From the NCBI RefSeq assembly GCF_009914755.1, contig NC_060941.1: a stretch of 64,000 nucleotides of DNA; one strand, 5' to 3'. The notes beneath the pieces are model-generated. The model ran no database searches. It saw nothing but the letters and a program-made list of their open reading frames with translations, and was not told the origin of the DNA. Numbering within the stretch: the first letter of the stretch is position 1; the number at the start of each line of letters is the position of its first letter. Both the position numbers and the translations under genes were made by a program. The DNA comes from the human T2T-CHM13v2.0 reference genome, Homo sapiens. Positions 40,701 through 55,700 of the stretch are shown piece after piece.

Positions 40701-43700
40701 TTTGATAGTTCAGGTTTGAAACACTCTTTTTGTAGAAACTGCAAGGGGATCATTGCACTCTTTGAGGAGTACCGTAGTAAAGGAAATAACTTCCTATAAA
40801 AAGAAGACAGAAGCTTTCTCAGAAAATTCTTTGGGATGATTGAGTTGAACTCACAGAGCTGAGCATTCCTTGCGATGTAGCAGTTTAGAAACACACTTTC
40901 TGCAGAATCTGCAAGTGCATATTTGGACCTCTGTGAGGAATTCGTTGGAAACGGGATAATTTCAGCTGACTAAACAGAAGCAGTCTCAGAATCTTCTTTG
41001 TGATGTTTGCATTCAAATCCCCGAGTTGAACTTTCCTTTCAAAGTTCACGTTTGAAACACTCTTTTTGCAGGATCTACAAGTGGATATTTGGACCACTCT
41101 GTGTCCTTCGTTCGAAACGGGTATATCTTCACATGACATCTAGACAGAAGCATCCTCAGAAGCTTCTCTGTGATGACTGCATTCAACTCACGGAGTTGAA
41201 CACTCCTTTTGAGAGCGCAGTTTTGAAACTCTCTTTCTGTGGCATCTGCAAGGGGACATGTAGACCTCTTTGAAGATTTCGTTGGAAACGGAAACATCTT
41301 CACATAAAAACTATACAGATGCATTCTCAGGAACTTTTTGGTGATGTTTGTATTCAACTCCCAGAGTTGAACTTTCCTTTGGAAAGAGCAGCTATGAAAC
41401 ACTCTTTTTCTAGAATCTGCAAGTGGACGTTTGGAGGGCTTTGTGGTTTGTGGTGGAAAAGGAAATATCTTCACCTAAATACTAGATAGAAGCATTCTCA
41501 GAAACTGCTTTGTGATGATTGCATTCACCTCACAGAGTTGAACATTCCTATTGATAGAGCAGTTTGGAAACACTCTTGTTGTGGAATGTGCAAGTGGAGA
41601 TTTGGAGCGCTTTGAGGCCTATGGTAGTAAAGGGAATAGCTTCATAGAAAAACTAGACAGAAGCATTCTCAGAAAATACTTTGTGATGATTGAGTTTAAC
41701 TCACAGAGCTGAACATTCCTTTGGATGGAGCAGGTTTGAGACACACTTTTTGTAGAATCTACAAGTGGATATTTGGACCTCTCTGAGGATTTCGTTGGAA
41801 ACGGGATAACTGCACCTAACTAAACGGAAGCATTCTCAGAAACTTCTTGGTGATGTTTGCATTCAAATCCCAGAGTTGAACCTTCCTTTGATAGTTCAGG
41901 TTTGAAACACTCTTTTTGTAGGATCTGCAAGTGGATATTTGGACCACTCTGTGGCCTTCGTTCGAAACGGGTATATCTTCGCATAAAATCTAGACAGAAG
42001 CCTTCTCAGAAACTTCTCTGTGATGATTGCATTCAACTCACAGAGTTGAACCCTCCTATGGATAGAGCAGTGTTGAAACTCTCTTTTTGTGGAATCTGCA
42101 AGTGGATATGTGGACCTCTCCGAAGATGTCTTTGGAAACGGGAATATCTTCACATAAAAACTAAACAGAAGCATTCTCAGAAACTTCTCTGTGATGTTTG
42201 TGTTCAACTCCCAGAGTTTCACATTGCTTTTCATAGAGTAGTTCTGAAACATGCTTTTCGTAGTGTCTACAAGTGGACATTTGGAGCGCTTTCAGGCCTG
42301 TGGTGGAAAACGAATTATGGTCACATAAAAACTGGAGAGAAGCATTGTCAGAAACTTCTTTGTGATGATTGCATTCAACTCACAGAGTTGAAGGTTCCTT
42401 TTCAAAGAGCAGTTTCCAATCACTCTTTGTGTGGAATCTGCAAGTGGATATTTGGACCTATTTTGAAGATTTCGTTGGAAACGGGAGAATCTTCACAGGA
42501 AAGCTAAACAGAAGCATTCTCAGAAACTTCTTTGTGATGCTTGCATTCAACTCACAGAGTTGAACTTTCCTTTCGAGAGAGAAGCTTTGAAACACTCTTT
42601 TTCCAGAATCTGCAAGTGGACATTTGGAGGGCTTTGAGGCCTGTGGTGGAAAAGGAATTATCTTCCCGTAAAAGCTAGATAGAAGCATTCTCAGAAACTA
42701 CTTTGTGATGATTGCATTCAAGTCACAGAGTTGAACATTCCCTTTGACAGAGCAGTTTGGAAACTCTCTTTGTGTAGAATCTGCAAGTGGAGATATGGAC
42801 CGCTTTGAGGCCTATGGTAGTAAAGGAAATAGCTTCATATAAAAGCTAGACAGTAGCATTCACAGAAAACTCTTGGTGACGACTGAGTTTAACTCACAGA
42901 GCTGAACATTCCTTTGGATGGAGCAGTTTCGAAACACACTATTTGTAGAATGTGCAAGTGGATATTTAGGCCTCTCTGAGGATTTCGTTGGAAACGGGAT
43001 AAACCGCACAGAACTAAACAGAAGCATTCTCAGAACCTTCTTCGTGATGTTTGCATTCAACTCACAGTGTTGAACCTTTCTTTGATAGTTCAGGTTTGAA
43101 ACGGTCTTTCTGTAGAAACTGCAAGTAGATATTTGGACCTCTCTGAGGATTTCGTTGGAAACGGGATAACCCGCACAGAACTAAAACAGAAGCATTCTCA
43201 GAACCCTCTTCGTGATGTTTGCATTCAACTCACAGTGCTGAACCTTTCTTTGATAGTTCAGCTTTGAAACACTCTTTTTGTAGAAACTGCAAGTGGATAT
43301 TTGGTCCTCTCTGAGCATTTCGTTGGAAACGGGATAAACTGCACAGACCTAAACAGAAGCATTCTCAGAACCTTCTTCGTGATGTCTGCATTCAACTCAC
43401 AGTGTGGAACCTTTCTTTGATAGTTCAGGTTTGAAACACTCTTTTTGTAGAAACTGCAAGGGGATAATTGCACTCTTTGAGGAGTACCGTAGTAAAGGAA
43501 ATAACTTCCTATAAAAAGAAGACAGAAGCTTTCTCAGAAAATTCTTTGGGATGATTGAGTTGAACTCACAGAGCTGAGCATTCCTTGCGATGTAGCAGTT
43601 TAGAAACACACTTTCTGCAGAATCTGCAAGTGCATATTTGGACCTCTGTGAGGAATTCGTTGGAAACGGGATAATTTCAGCTGACTAAACAGAAGCAGTC

Positions 43701-46700
43701 TCAGAATCTTCTTTGTGATGTTTGCATTCAAATCCCCGAGTTGAACTTTCCTTTCAAAGTTCACGTTTGAAACACTCTTTTTGCAGGATCTACAAGTGGA
43801 TATTTGGACCACTCTGTGTCCTTCGTTCGAAACGGGTATATCTTCACATGACATCTAGACAGAAGCATCCTCAGAAGCTTCTCTGTGATGACTGCATTCA
43901 ACTCACGGAGTTGAACACTCCTTTTGAGAGCGCAGTTTTGAAACTCTCTTTCTGTGGCATCTGCAAGGGGACATGTAGACCTCTTTGAAGATTTCGTTGG
44001 AAACGGAATCATCTTCACATAAAAACTACACAGATGCATTCTCAGGAACTTTTTGGTGATGTTTGTATTCAACTCCCAGAGTTGAACTTTCCTTTGGAAA
44101 GAGCAGCTATGAAACACTCTTTTTCTAGAATCTGCAAGTGGACGTTTGGAGGGCTTTGTGGTTTGTGGTGGAAAAGGAAATATCTTCACCTAAATACTAG
44201 ATAGAAGCATTCTCAGAAACTGCTTTGTGATGATTGCATTCACCTCACAGAGTTGAACATTCCTATTGATAGAGCAGTTTGGAAACACTCTTGTTGTGGA
44301 ATGTGCAAGTGGAGATTTGGAGCGCTTTGAGGCCTATGGTAGTAAAGGGAATAGCTTCATAGAAAAACTAGACAGAAGCATTCTCAGAAAATACTTTGTG
44401 ATGATTGAGTTTAACTCACAGAGCTGAACATTCCTTTGGATGGAGCAGGTTTGAGACACACTTTTTGTAGAATCTACAAGTGGATATTTGGACCTCTCTG
44501 AGGATTTCGTTGGAAACGGGATAACTGCACCTAACTAAACGGAAGCATTCTCAGAAACTTCTTGGTGATGTTTGCATTCAAATCCCAGAGTTGAACCTTC
44601 CTTTGATAGTTCAGGTTTGAAACACTCTTTTTGTAGGATCTGCAAGTGGATATTTGGACCACTCTGTGGCCTTCGTTCGAAACGGGTATATCTTCGCATA
44701 AAATCTAGACAGAAGCCTTCTCAGAAACTTCTCTGTGATGATTGCATTCAACTCACAGAGTTGAACCCTCCTATGGATAGAGCAGTGTTGAAACTCTCTT
44801 TTTGTGGAATCTGCAAGTGGATATGTGGACCTCTCCGAAGATGTCTTTGGAAACGGGAATATCTTCACATAAAAACTAAACAGAAGCATTCTCAGAAACT
44901 TCTCTGTGATGTTTGTGTTCAACTCCCAGAGTTTCACATTGCTTTTCATAGAGTAGTTCTGAAACATGCTTTTCGTAGTGTCTACAAGTGGACATTTGGA
45001 GCGCTTTCAGGCCTGTGGTGGAAAACGAATTATGGTCACATAAAAACTGGAGAGAAGCATTGTCAGAAACTTCTTTGTGATGATTGCATTCAACTCACAG
45101 AGTTGAAGGTTCCTTTTCAAAGAGCAGTTTCCAATCACTCTTTGTGTGGAATCTGCAAGTGGATATTTGGACCTATTTTGAAGATTTCGTTGGAAACGGG
45201 AGAATCTTCACAGGAAAGCTAAACAGAAGCATTCTCAGAAACTTCTTTGTGATGCTTGCATTCAACTCACAGAGTTGAACTTTCCTTTCGAGAGAGAAGC
45301 TTTGAAACACTCTTTTTCCAGAATCTGCAAGTGGACATTTGGAGGGCTTTGAGGCCTGTGGTGGAAAAGGAATTATCTTCCCGTAAAAGCTAGATAGAAG
45401 CATTCTCAGAAACTACTTTGTGATGATTGCATTCAAGTCACAGAGTTGAACATTCCCTTTGACAGAGCAGTTTGGAAACTCTCTTTGTGTAGAATCTGCA
45501 AGTGGAGATATGGACCGCTTTGAGGCCTATGGTAGTAAAGGAAATAGCTTCATATAAAAGCTAGACAGTAGCATTCACAGAAAACTCTTGGTGACGACTG
45601 AGTTTAACTCACAGAGCTGAACATTCCTTTGGATGGAGCAGTTTCGAAACACACTATTTGTAGAATGTGCAAGTGGATATTTAGGCCTCTCTGAGGATTT
45701 CGTTGGAAACGGGATAAACCGCACAGAACTAAACAGAAGCATTCTCAGAACCTTCTTCGTGATGTTTGCATTCAACTCAAAGTGTTGAACCTTTCTTTGA
45801 TAGTTCAGGTTTGAAACGGTCTTTCTGTAGAAACTGCAAGTAGATATTTGGACCTCTCTGAGGATTTCGTTGGAAACGGGATAACCCGCACAGAACTAAA
45901 ACAGAAGCATTCTCAGAACCCTCTTCGTGATGTTTGCATTCAACTCACAGTGCTGAACCTTTCTTTGATAGTTCAGCTTTGAAACACTCTTTTTGTAGAA
46001 ACTGCAAGTGGATATTTGGTCCTCTCTGAGGATTTCTTTGGAAACGGGATAAACTGCACAGAACTAAACAGAAGCATTCTCAGAACCTTCTTCGTGATGT
46101 CTGCATTCAACTCACAGTGTGGAACCTTTCTTTGATAGTTCAGGTTTGAAACACTCTTTTTGTAGAAACTGCAAGGGGATAATTGCACTCTTTGAGGAGT
46201 ACCGTAGTAAAGGAAATAACTTCCTATAAAAAGAAGACAGAAGCTTTCTCAGAAAATTCTTTGGGATGATTGAGTTGAACTCACAGAGCTGAGCATTCCT
46301 TGCGATGTAGCAGTTTAGAAACACACTTTCTGCAGAATCTGCAAGTGCATATTTGGACCTCTGTGAGGAATTCGTTGGAAACGGGATAATTTCAGCTGAC
46401 TAAACAGAAGCAGTCTCAGAATCTTCTTTGTGATGTTTGCATTCAAATCCCCGAGTTGAACTTTCCTTTCAAAGTTCACGTTTGAAACACTCTTTTTGCA
46501 GGATCTACAAGTGGATATTTGGACCACTCTGTGTCCTTCGTTCGAAACGGGTATATCTTCACATGACATCTAGACAGAAGCATCCTCAGAAGCTTCTCTG
46601 TGATGACTGCATTCAACTCACGGAGTTGAACACTCCTTTTGAGAGCGCAGTTTTGAAACTCTCTTTCTGTGGCATCTGCAAGGGGACATGTAGACCTCTT

Positions 46701-49700
46701 TGAAGATTTCGTTGGAAACGGAATCATCTTCACATAAAAACTACACAGATGCATTCTCAGGAACTTTTTGGTGATGTTTGTATTCAACTCCCAGAGTTGA
46801 ACTTTCCTTTGGAAAGAGCAGCTATGAAACACTCTTTTTCTAGAATCTGCAAGTGGACGTTTGGAGGGCTTTGTGGTTTGTGGTGGAAAAGGAAATATCT
46901 TCACCTAAATACTAGATAGAAGCATTCTCAGAAACTGCTTTGTGATGATTGCATTCACCTCACAGAGTTGAACATTCCTATTGATAGAGCAGTTTGGAAA
47001 CACTCTTGTTGTGGAATGTGCAAGTGGAGATTTGGAGCGCTTTGAGGCCTATGGTAGTAAAGGGAATAGCTTCATAGAAAAACTAGACAGAAGCATTCTC
47101 AGAAAATACTTTGTGATGATTGAGTTTAACTCACAGAGCTGAACATTCCTTTGGATGGAGCAGGTTTGAGACACACCTTTTGTAGAATCTACAAGTGGAT
47201 ATTTGGACCTCTCTGAGGATTTCGTTGGAAACGGGATAACTGCACCTAACTAAACGGAAGCATTCTCAGAAACTTCTTGGTGATGTTTGCATTCAAATCC
47301 CAGAGTTGAACCTTCCTTTGATAGTTCAGGTTTGAAACACTCTTTTTGTAGGATCTGCAAGTGGATATTTGGACCACTCTGTGGCCTTCGTTCGAAACGG
47401 GTATATCTTCGCATAAAATCTAGACAGAAGCCTTCTCAGAAACTTCTCTGTGATGATTGCATTCAACTCACAGAGTTGAACCCTCCTATGGATAGAGCAG
47501 TGTTGAAACTCTCTTTTTGTGGAATCTGCAAGTGGATATGTGGACCTCTCCGAAGATGTCTTTGGAAACGGGAATATCTTCACATAAAAACTAAACAGAA
47601 GCATTCTCAGAAACTTCTCTGTGATGTTTGTGTTCAACTCCCAGAGTTTCACATTGCTTTTCATAGAGTAGTTCTGAAACATGCTTTTCGTAGTGTCTAC
47701 AAGTGGACATTTGGAGCGCTTTCAGGCCTGTGGTGGAAAACGAATTATGGTCACATAAAAACTGGAGAGAAGCATTGTCAGAAACTTCTTTGTGATGATT
47801 GCATTCAACTCACAGAGTTGAAGGTTCCTTTTCAAAGAGCAGTTTCCAATCACTCTTTGTGTGGAATCTGCAAGTGGATATTTGGACCTATTTTGAAGAT
47901 TTCGTTGGAAACGGGAGAATCTTCACAGGAAAGCTAAACAGAAGCATTCTCAGAAACTTCTTTGTGATGCTTGCATTCAACTCACAGAGTTGAACTTTCC
48001 TTTCGAGAGAGAAGCTTTGAAACACTCTTTTTCCAGAATCTGCAAGTGGACATTCGGAGGGCTTTGAGGCCTGTGGTGGAAAAGGAATTATCTTCCCGTA
48101 AAAGCTAGATAGAAGCATTCTCAGAAACTACTTTGTGATGATTGCATTCAAGTCACAGAGTTGAACATTCCCTTTGACAGAGCAGTTTGGAAACTCTCTT
48201 TGTGTAGAATCTGCAAGTGGAGATATGGACCGCTTTGAGGCCTATGGTAGTAAAGGAAATAGCTTCATATAAAAGCTAGACAGTAGCATTCACAGAAAAC
48301 TCTTGGTGACGACTGAGTTTAACTCACAGAGCTGAACATTCCTTTGGATGGAGCAGTTTCGAAACACACTATTTGTAGAATGTGCAAGTGGATATTTAGG
48401 CCTCTCTGAGGATTTCGTTGGAAACGGGATAAACCGCACAGAACTAAACAGAAGCATTCTCAGAACCTTCTTCGTGATGTTTGCATTCAACTCACAGTGT
48501 TGAACCTTTCTTTGATAGTTCAGGTTTGAAACGGTCTTTCTGTAGAAACTGCAAGTAGATATTTGGACCTCTCTGAGGATTTCGTTGGAAACGGGATAAC
48601 CCGCACAGAACTAAAACAGAAGCATTCTCAGAACCCTCTTCGTGATGTTTGCATTCAACTCACAGTGCTGAACCATTCTTTGATAGTTCAGCTTTGAAAC
48701 ACTCTTTTTGTAGAAACTGCAAGTGGATATTTGGTCCTCTCTGAGCATTTCGTTGGAAACGGGATAAACTGCACAGACCTAAACAGAAGCATTCTCAGAA
48801 CCTTCTTCGTGATGTCTGCATTCAACTCACAGTGTGGAACCTTTCTTTGATAGTTCAGGTTTGAAACACTCTTTTTGTAGAAACTGCAAGGGGATAATTG
48901 CACTCTTTGAGGAGTACCGTAGTAAAGGAAATAACTTCCTATAAAAAGAAGACAGAAGCTTTCTCAGAAAATTCTTTGGGATGATTGAGTTGAACTCACA
49001 GAGCTGAGCATTCCTTGCGATGTAGCAGTTTAGAAACACACTTTCTGCAGAATCTGCAAGTGCATATTTGGACCTCTGTGAGGAATTCGTTGGAAACGGG
49101 ATAATTTCAGCTGACTAAACAGAAGCAGTCTCAGAATCTTCTTTGTGATGTTTGCATTCAAATCCCCGAGTTGAACTTTCCTTTCAAAGTTCACGTTTGA
49201 AACACTCTTTTTGCAGGATCTACAAGTGGATATTTGGACCACTCTGTGTCCTTCGTTCGAAACGGGTATATCTTCACATGACATCTAGACAGAAGCATCC
49301 TCAGAAGCTTCTCTGTGATGACTGCATTCAACTCACGGAGTTGAACACTCCTTTTGAGAGCGCAGTTTTGAAACTCTCTTTCTGTGGCATCTGCAAGGGG
49401 ACATGTAGACCTCTTTGAAGATTTCGTTGGAAACGGAATCATCTTCACATAAAAACTACACAGATGCATTCTCAGGAACTTTTTGGTGATGTTTGTATTC
49501 AACTCCCAGAGTTGAACTTTCCTTTGGAAAGAGCAGCTATGAAACACTCTTTTTCTAGAATCTGCAAGTGGACGTTTGGAGGGCTTTGTGGTTTGTGGTG
49601 GAAAAGGAAATATCTTCACCTAAATACTAGATAGAAGCATTCTCAGAAACTGCTTTGTGATGATTGCATTCACCTCACAGAGTTGAACATTCCTATTGAT

Positions 49701-52700
49701 AGAGCAGTTTGGAAACACTCTTGTTGTGGAATGTGCAAGTGGAGATTTGGAGCGCTTTGAGGCCTATGGTAGTAAAGGGAATAGCTTCATAGAAAAACTA
49801 GACAGAAGCATTCTCAGAAAATACTTTGTGATGATTGAGTTTAACTCACAGAGCTGAACATTCCTTTGGATGGAGCAGGTTTGAGACACACCTTTTGTAG
49901 AATCTACAAGTGGATATTTGGACCTCTCTGAGGATTTCGTTGGAAACGGGATAACTGCACCTAACTAAACGGAAGCATTCTCAGAAACTTCTTGGTGATG
50001 TTTGCATTCAAATCCCAGAGTTGAACCTTCCTTTGATAGTTCAGGTTTGAAACACTCTTTTTGTAGGATCTGCAAGTGGATATTTGGACCACTCTGTGGC
50101 CTTCGTTCGAAACGGGTATATCTTCGCATAAAATCTAGACAGAAGCCTTCTCAGAAACTTCTCTGTGATGATTGCATTCAACTCACAGAGTTGAACCCTC
50201 CTATGGATAGAGCAGTGTTGAAACTCTCTTTTTGTGGAATCTGCAAGTGGATATGTGGACCTCTCCGAAGATGTCTTTGGAAACGGGAATATCTTCACAT
50301 AAAAACTAAACAGAAGCATTCTCAGAAACTTCTCTGTGATGTTTGTGTTCAACTCCCAGAGTTTCACATTGCTTTTCATAGAGTAGTTCTGAAACATGCT
50401 TTTCGTAGTGTCTACAAGTGGACATTTGGAGCGCTTTCAGGCCTGTGGTGGAAAACGAATTATGGTCACATAAAAACTGGAGAGAAGCATTGTCAGAAAC
50501 TTCTTTGTGATGATTGCATTCAACTCACAGAGTTGAAGGTTCCTTTTCAAAGAGCAGTTTCCAATCACTCTTTGTGTGGAATCTGCAAGTGGATATTTGG
50601 ACCTATTTTGAAGATTTCGTTGGAAACGGGAGAATCTTCACAGGAAAGCTAAACAGAAGCATTCTCAGAAACTTCTTTGTGATGCTTGCATTCAACTCAC
50701 AGAGTTGAACTTTCCTTTCGAGAGAGAAGCTTTGAAACACTCTTTTTCCAGAATCTGCAAGTGGACATTCGGAGGGCTTTGAGGCCTGTGGTGGAAAAGG
50801 AATTATCTTCCCGTAAAAGCTAGATAGAAGCATTCTCAGAAACTACTTTGTGATGATTGCATTCAAGTCACAGAGTTGAACATTCCCTTTGACAGAGCAG
50901 TTTGGAAACTCTCTTTGTGTAGAATCTGCAAGTGGAGATATGGACCGCTTTGAGGCCTATGGTAGTAAAGGAAATAGCTTCATATAAAAGCTAGACAGTA
51001 GCATTCACAGAAAACTCTTGGTGACGACTGAGTTTAACTCACAGAGCTGAACATTCCTTTGGATGGAGCAGTTTCGAAACACACTATTTGTAGAATGTGC
51101 AAGTGGATATTTAGGCCTCTCTGAGGATTTCGTTGGAAACGGGATAAACCGCACAGAACTAAACAGAAGCATTCTCAGAACCTTCTTCGTGATGTTTCCA
51201 TTCAACTCAAAGTGTTGAACCTTTCTTTGATAGTTCAGGTTTGAAACGGTCTTTCTGTAGAAACTGCAAGTAGATATTTGGACCGCTCTGAGGATTTCGT
51301 TGGAAACGGGATAACCCGCACAGAACTAAAACAGAAGCATTCTCAGAACCCTCTTCGTGATGTTTGCATTCAACTCACAGTGCTGAACCTTTCTTTGATA
51401 GTTCAGCTTTGAAACACTCTTTTTGTAGAAACTGCAAGTGGATATTTGGTCCTCTCTGAGCATTTCGTTGGAAACGGGATAAACTGCACAGAACTAAACA
51501 GAAGCATTCTCAGAACCTTCTTCGTGATGTCTGCATTCAACTCACAGTGTGGAACCTTTCTTTGATAGTTCAGGTTTGAAACACTCTTTTTGTAGAAACT
51601 GCAAGGGGATAATTGCACTCTTTGAGGAGTACCGTAGTAAAGGAAATAACTTCCTATAAAAAGAAGACAGAAGCTTTCTCAGAAAATTCTTTGGGATGAT
51701 TGAGTTGAACTCACAGAGCTGAGCATTCCTTGCGATGTAGCAGTTTAGAAACACACTTTCTGCAGAATCTGCAAGTGCATATTTGGACCTCTGTGAGGAA
51801 TTCGTTGGAAACGGGATAATTTCAGCTGACTAAACAGAAGCAGTCTCAGAATCTTCTTTGTGATGTTTGCATTCAAATCCCCGAGTTGAACTTTCCTTTC
51901 AAAGTTCACGTTTGAAACACTCTTTTTGCAGGATCTACAAGTGGATATTTGGACCACTCTGTGTCCTTCGTTCGAAACGGGTATATCTTCACATGACATC
52001 TAGACAGAAGCATCCTCAGAAGCTTCTCTGTGATGACTGCATTCAACTCACGGAGTTGAACACTCCTTTTGAGAGCGCAGTTTTGAAACTCTCTTTCTGT
52101 GGCATCTGCAAGGGGACATGTAGACCTCTTTGAAGATTTCGTTGGAAACGGAATCATCTTCACATAAAAACTACACAGATGCATTCTCAGGAACTTTTTG
52201 GTGATGTTTGTATTCAACTCCCAGAGTTGAACTTTCCTTTGGAAAGAGCAGCTATGAAACACTGTTTTTCTAGAATCTGCAAGTGGACGTTTGGAGGGCT
52301 TTGTGGTTTGTGGTGGAAAAGGAAATATCTTCACCTAAATACTAGATAGAAGCATTCTCAGAAACTGCTTTGTGATGATTGCATTCACCTCACAGAGTTG
52401 AACATTCCTATTGATAGAGCAGTTTGGAAACACTCTTGTTGTGGAATGTGCAAGTGGAGATTTGGAGCGCTTTGAGGCCTATGGTAGTAAAGGGAATAGC
52501 TTCATAGAAAAACTAGACAGAAGCATTCTCAGAAAATACTTTGTGATGATTGAGTTGAACTCACAGAGCTGAACATTCCTTTGGATGGAGCAGGTTTGAG
52601 ACACACCTTTTGTAGAATCTACAAGTGGATATTTGGACCTCTCTGAGGATTTCGTTGGAAACGGGATAACTGCACCTAACTAAACGGAAGCATTCTCAGA

Positions 52701-55700
52701 AACTTCTTGGTGATGTTTGCATTCAAATCCCAGAGTTGAACCTTCCTTTGATAGTTCAGGTTTGAAACACTCTTTTTGTAGGATCTGCAAGTGGATATTT
52801 GGACCACTCTGTGGCCTTCGTTCGAAACGGGTATATCTTCGCATAAAATCTAGACAGAAGCCTTCTCAGAAACTTCTCTGTGATGATTGCATTCAACTCA
52901 CAGAGTTGAACCCTCCTATGGATAGAGCAGTGTTGAAACTCTCTTTTTGTGGAATCTGCAAGTGGATATGTGGACCTCTCCGAAGATGTCTTTGGAAACG
53001 GGAATATCTTCACATAAAAACTAAACAGAAGCATTCTCAGAAACTTCTCTGTGATGTTTGTGTTCAACTCCCAGAGTTTCACATTGCTTTTCATAGAGTA
53101 GTTCTGAAACATGCTTTTCGTAGTGTCTACAAGTGGACATTTGGAGCGCTTTCAGGCCTGTGGTGGAAAACGAATTATGGTCACATAAAAACTGGAGAGA
53201 AGCATTGTCAGAAACTTCTTTGGGATGATTGCATTCAACTCACAGAGTTGAAGGTTCCTTTTCAAAGAGCAGTTTCCAATCACTCTTTGTGTGGAATCTG
53301 CAAGTGGATATTTGGACCTATTTTGAAGATTTCGTTGGAAACGGGAGAATCTTCACAGGAAAGCTAAACAGAAGCATTCTCAGAAACTTCTTTGTGATGC
53401 TTGCATTCAACTCACAGAGTTGAACTTTCCTTTCGAGAGAGAAGCTTTGAAACACTCTTTTTCCAGAATCTGCAAGTGGACATTTGGAGGGCTTTGAGGC
53501 CTGTGGTGGAAAAGGAATTATCTTCCCGTAAAAGCTAGATAGAAGCATTCTCAGAAACTACTTTGTGATGATTGCATTCAAGTCACAGAGTTGAACATTC
53601 CCTTTGACAGAGCAGTTTGGAAACTCTCTTTGTGTAGAATCTGCAAGTGGAGATATGGACCGCTTTGAGGCCTATGGTAGTAAAGGAAATAGCTTCATAT
53701 AAAAGCTAGACAGTAGCATTCACAGAAAACTCTTGGTGACGACTGAGTTTAACTCACAGAGCTGCACATTCCTTTGGATGGAGCAGTTTCGAAACACACT
53801 ATTTGTAGAATGTGCAAGTGGATATTTAGGCCTCTCTGAGGATTTCGTTGGAAACGGGATAAACCGCACAGAACTAAACAGAAGCATTCTCAGAACCTTC
53901 TTCGTGATGTTTGCATTCAACTCACAGTGTTGAACCTTTCTTTGATAGTTCAGGTTTGAAACGGTCTTTCTGTAGAAACTGCAAGTAGATATTTGGACCT
54001 CTCTGAGGATTTCGTTGGAAACGGGATAACCCGCACAGAACTAAAACAGAAGCATTCTCAGAACCCTCTTCGTGATGTTTGCATTCAACTCACAGTGCTG
54101 AACCTTTCTTTGATAGTTCAGCTTTGAAACACTCTTTTTGTAGAAACTGCAAGTGGATATTTGGTCCTCTCTGAGGATTTCGTTGGAAACGGGATAAACT
54201 GCACAGAACTAAACAGAAGCATTCTCAGAACCTTCTTCGTGATGTCTGCATTCAACTCACAGTGTGGAACCTTTCTTTGATAGTTCAGGTTTGAAACACT
54301 CTTTTTGTAGAAACTGCAAGGGGATAATTGCACTCTTTGAGGAGTACCGTAGTAAAGGAAATAACTTCCTATAAAAAGAAGACAGAAGCTTTCTCAGAAA
54401 ATTCTTTGGGATGATTGAGTTGAACTCACAGAGCTGAGCATTCCTTGCGATGTAGCAGTTTAGAAACACACTTTCTGCAGAATCTGCAAGTGCATATTTG
54501 GACCTCTGTGAGGAATTCGTTGGAAACGGGATAATTTCAGCTGACTAAACAGAAGCAGTCTCAGAATCTTCTTTGTGATGTTTGCATTCAAATCCCCGAG
54601 TTGAACTTTCCTTTCAAAGTTCACGTTTGAAACACTCTTTTTGCAGGATCTACAAGTGGATATTTGGACCACTCTGTGTCCTTCGTTCGAAACGGGTATA
54701 TCTTCACATGACATCTAGACAGAAGCATCCTCAGAAGCTTCTCTGTGATGACTGCATTCAACTCACGGAGTTGAACACTCCTTTTGAGAGCGCAGTTTTG
54801 AAACTCTCTTTCTGTGGCATCTGCAAGGGGACATGTAGACCTCTTTGAAGATTTCGTTGGAAACGGAATCATCTTCACATAAAAACTACACAGATGCATT
54901 CTCAGGAACTTTTTGGTGATGTTTGTATTCAACTCCCAGAGTTGAACTTTCCTTTGGAAAGAGCAGCTATGAAACACTCTTTTTCTAGAATCTGCAAGTG
55001 GACGTTTGGAGGGCTTTGTGGTTTGTGGTGGAAAAGGAAATATCTTCACCTAAATACTAGATAGAAGCATTCTCAGAAACTGCTTTGTGATGATTGCATT
55101 CACCTCACAGAGTTGAACATTCCTATTGATAGAGCAGTTTGGAAACACTCTTGTTGTGGAATGTGCAAGTGGAGATTTGGAGCGCTTTGAGGCCTATGGT
55201 AGTAAAGGGAATAGCTTCATAGAAAAACTAGACAGAAGCATTCTCAGAAAATACTTTGTGATGATTGAGTTTAACTCACAGAGCTGAACATTCCTTTGGA
55301 TGGAGCAGGTTTGAGACACACCTTTTGTAGAATCTACAAGTGGATATTTGGACCTCTCTGAGGATTTCGTTGGAAACGGGATAACTGCACCTAACTAAAC
55401 GGAAGCATTCTCAGAAACTTCTTGGTGATGTTTGCATTCAAATCCCAGAGTTGAACCTTCCTTTGATAGTTCAGGTTTGAAACACTCTTTTTGTAGGATC
55501 TGCAAGTGGATATTTGGACCACTCTGTGGCCTTCGTTCGAAACGGGTATATCTTCGCATAAAATCTAGACAGAAGCCTTCTCAGAAACTTCTCTGTGATG
55601 ATTGCATTCAACTCACAGAGTTGAACCCTCCTATGGATAGAGCAGTGTTGAAACTCTCTTTTTGTGGAATCTGCAAGTGGATATGTGGACCTCTCCGAAG

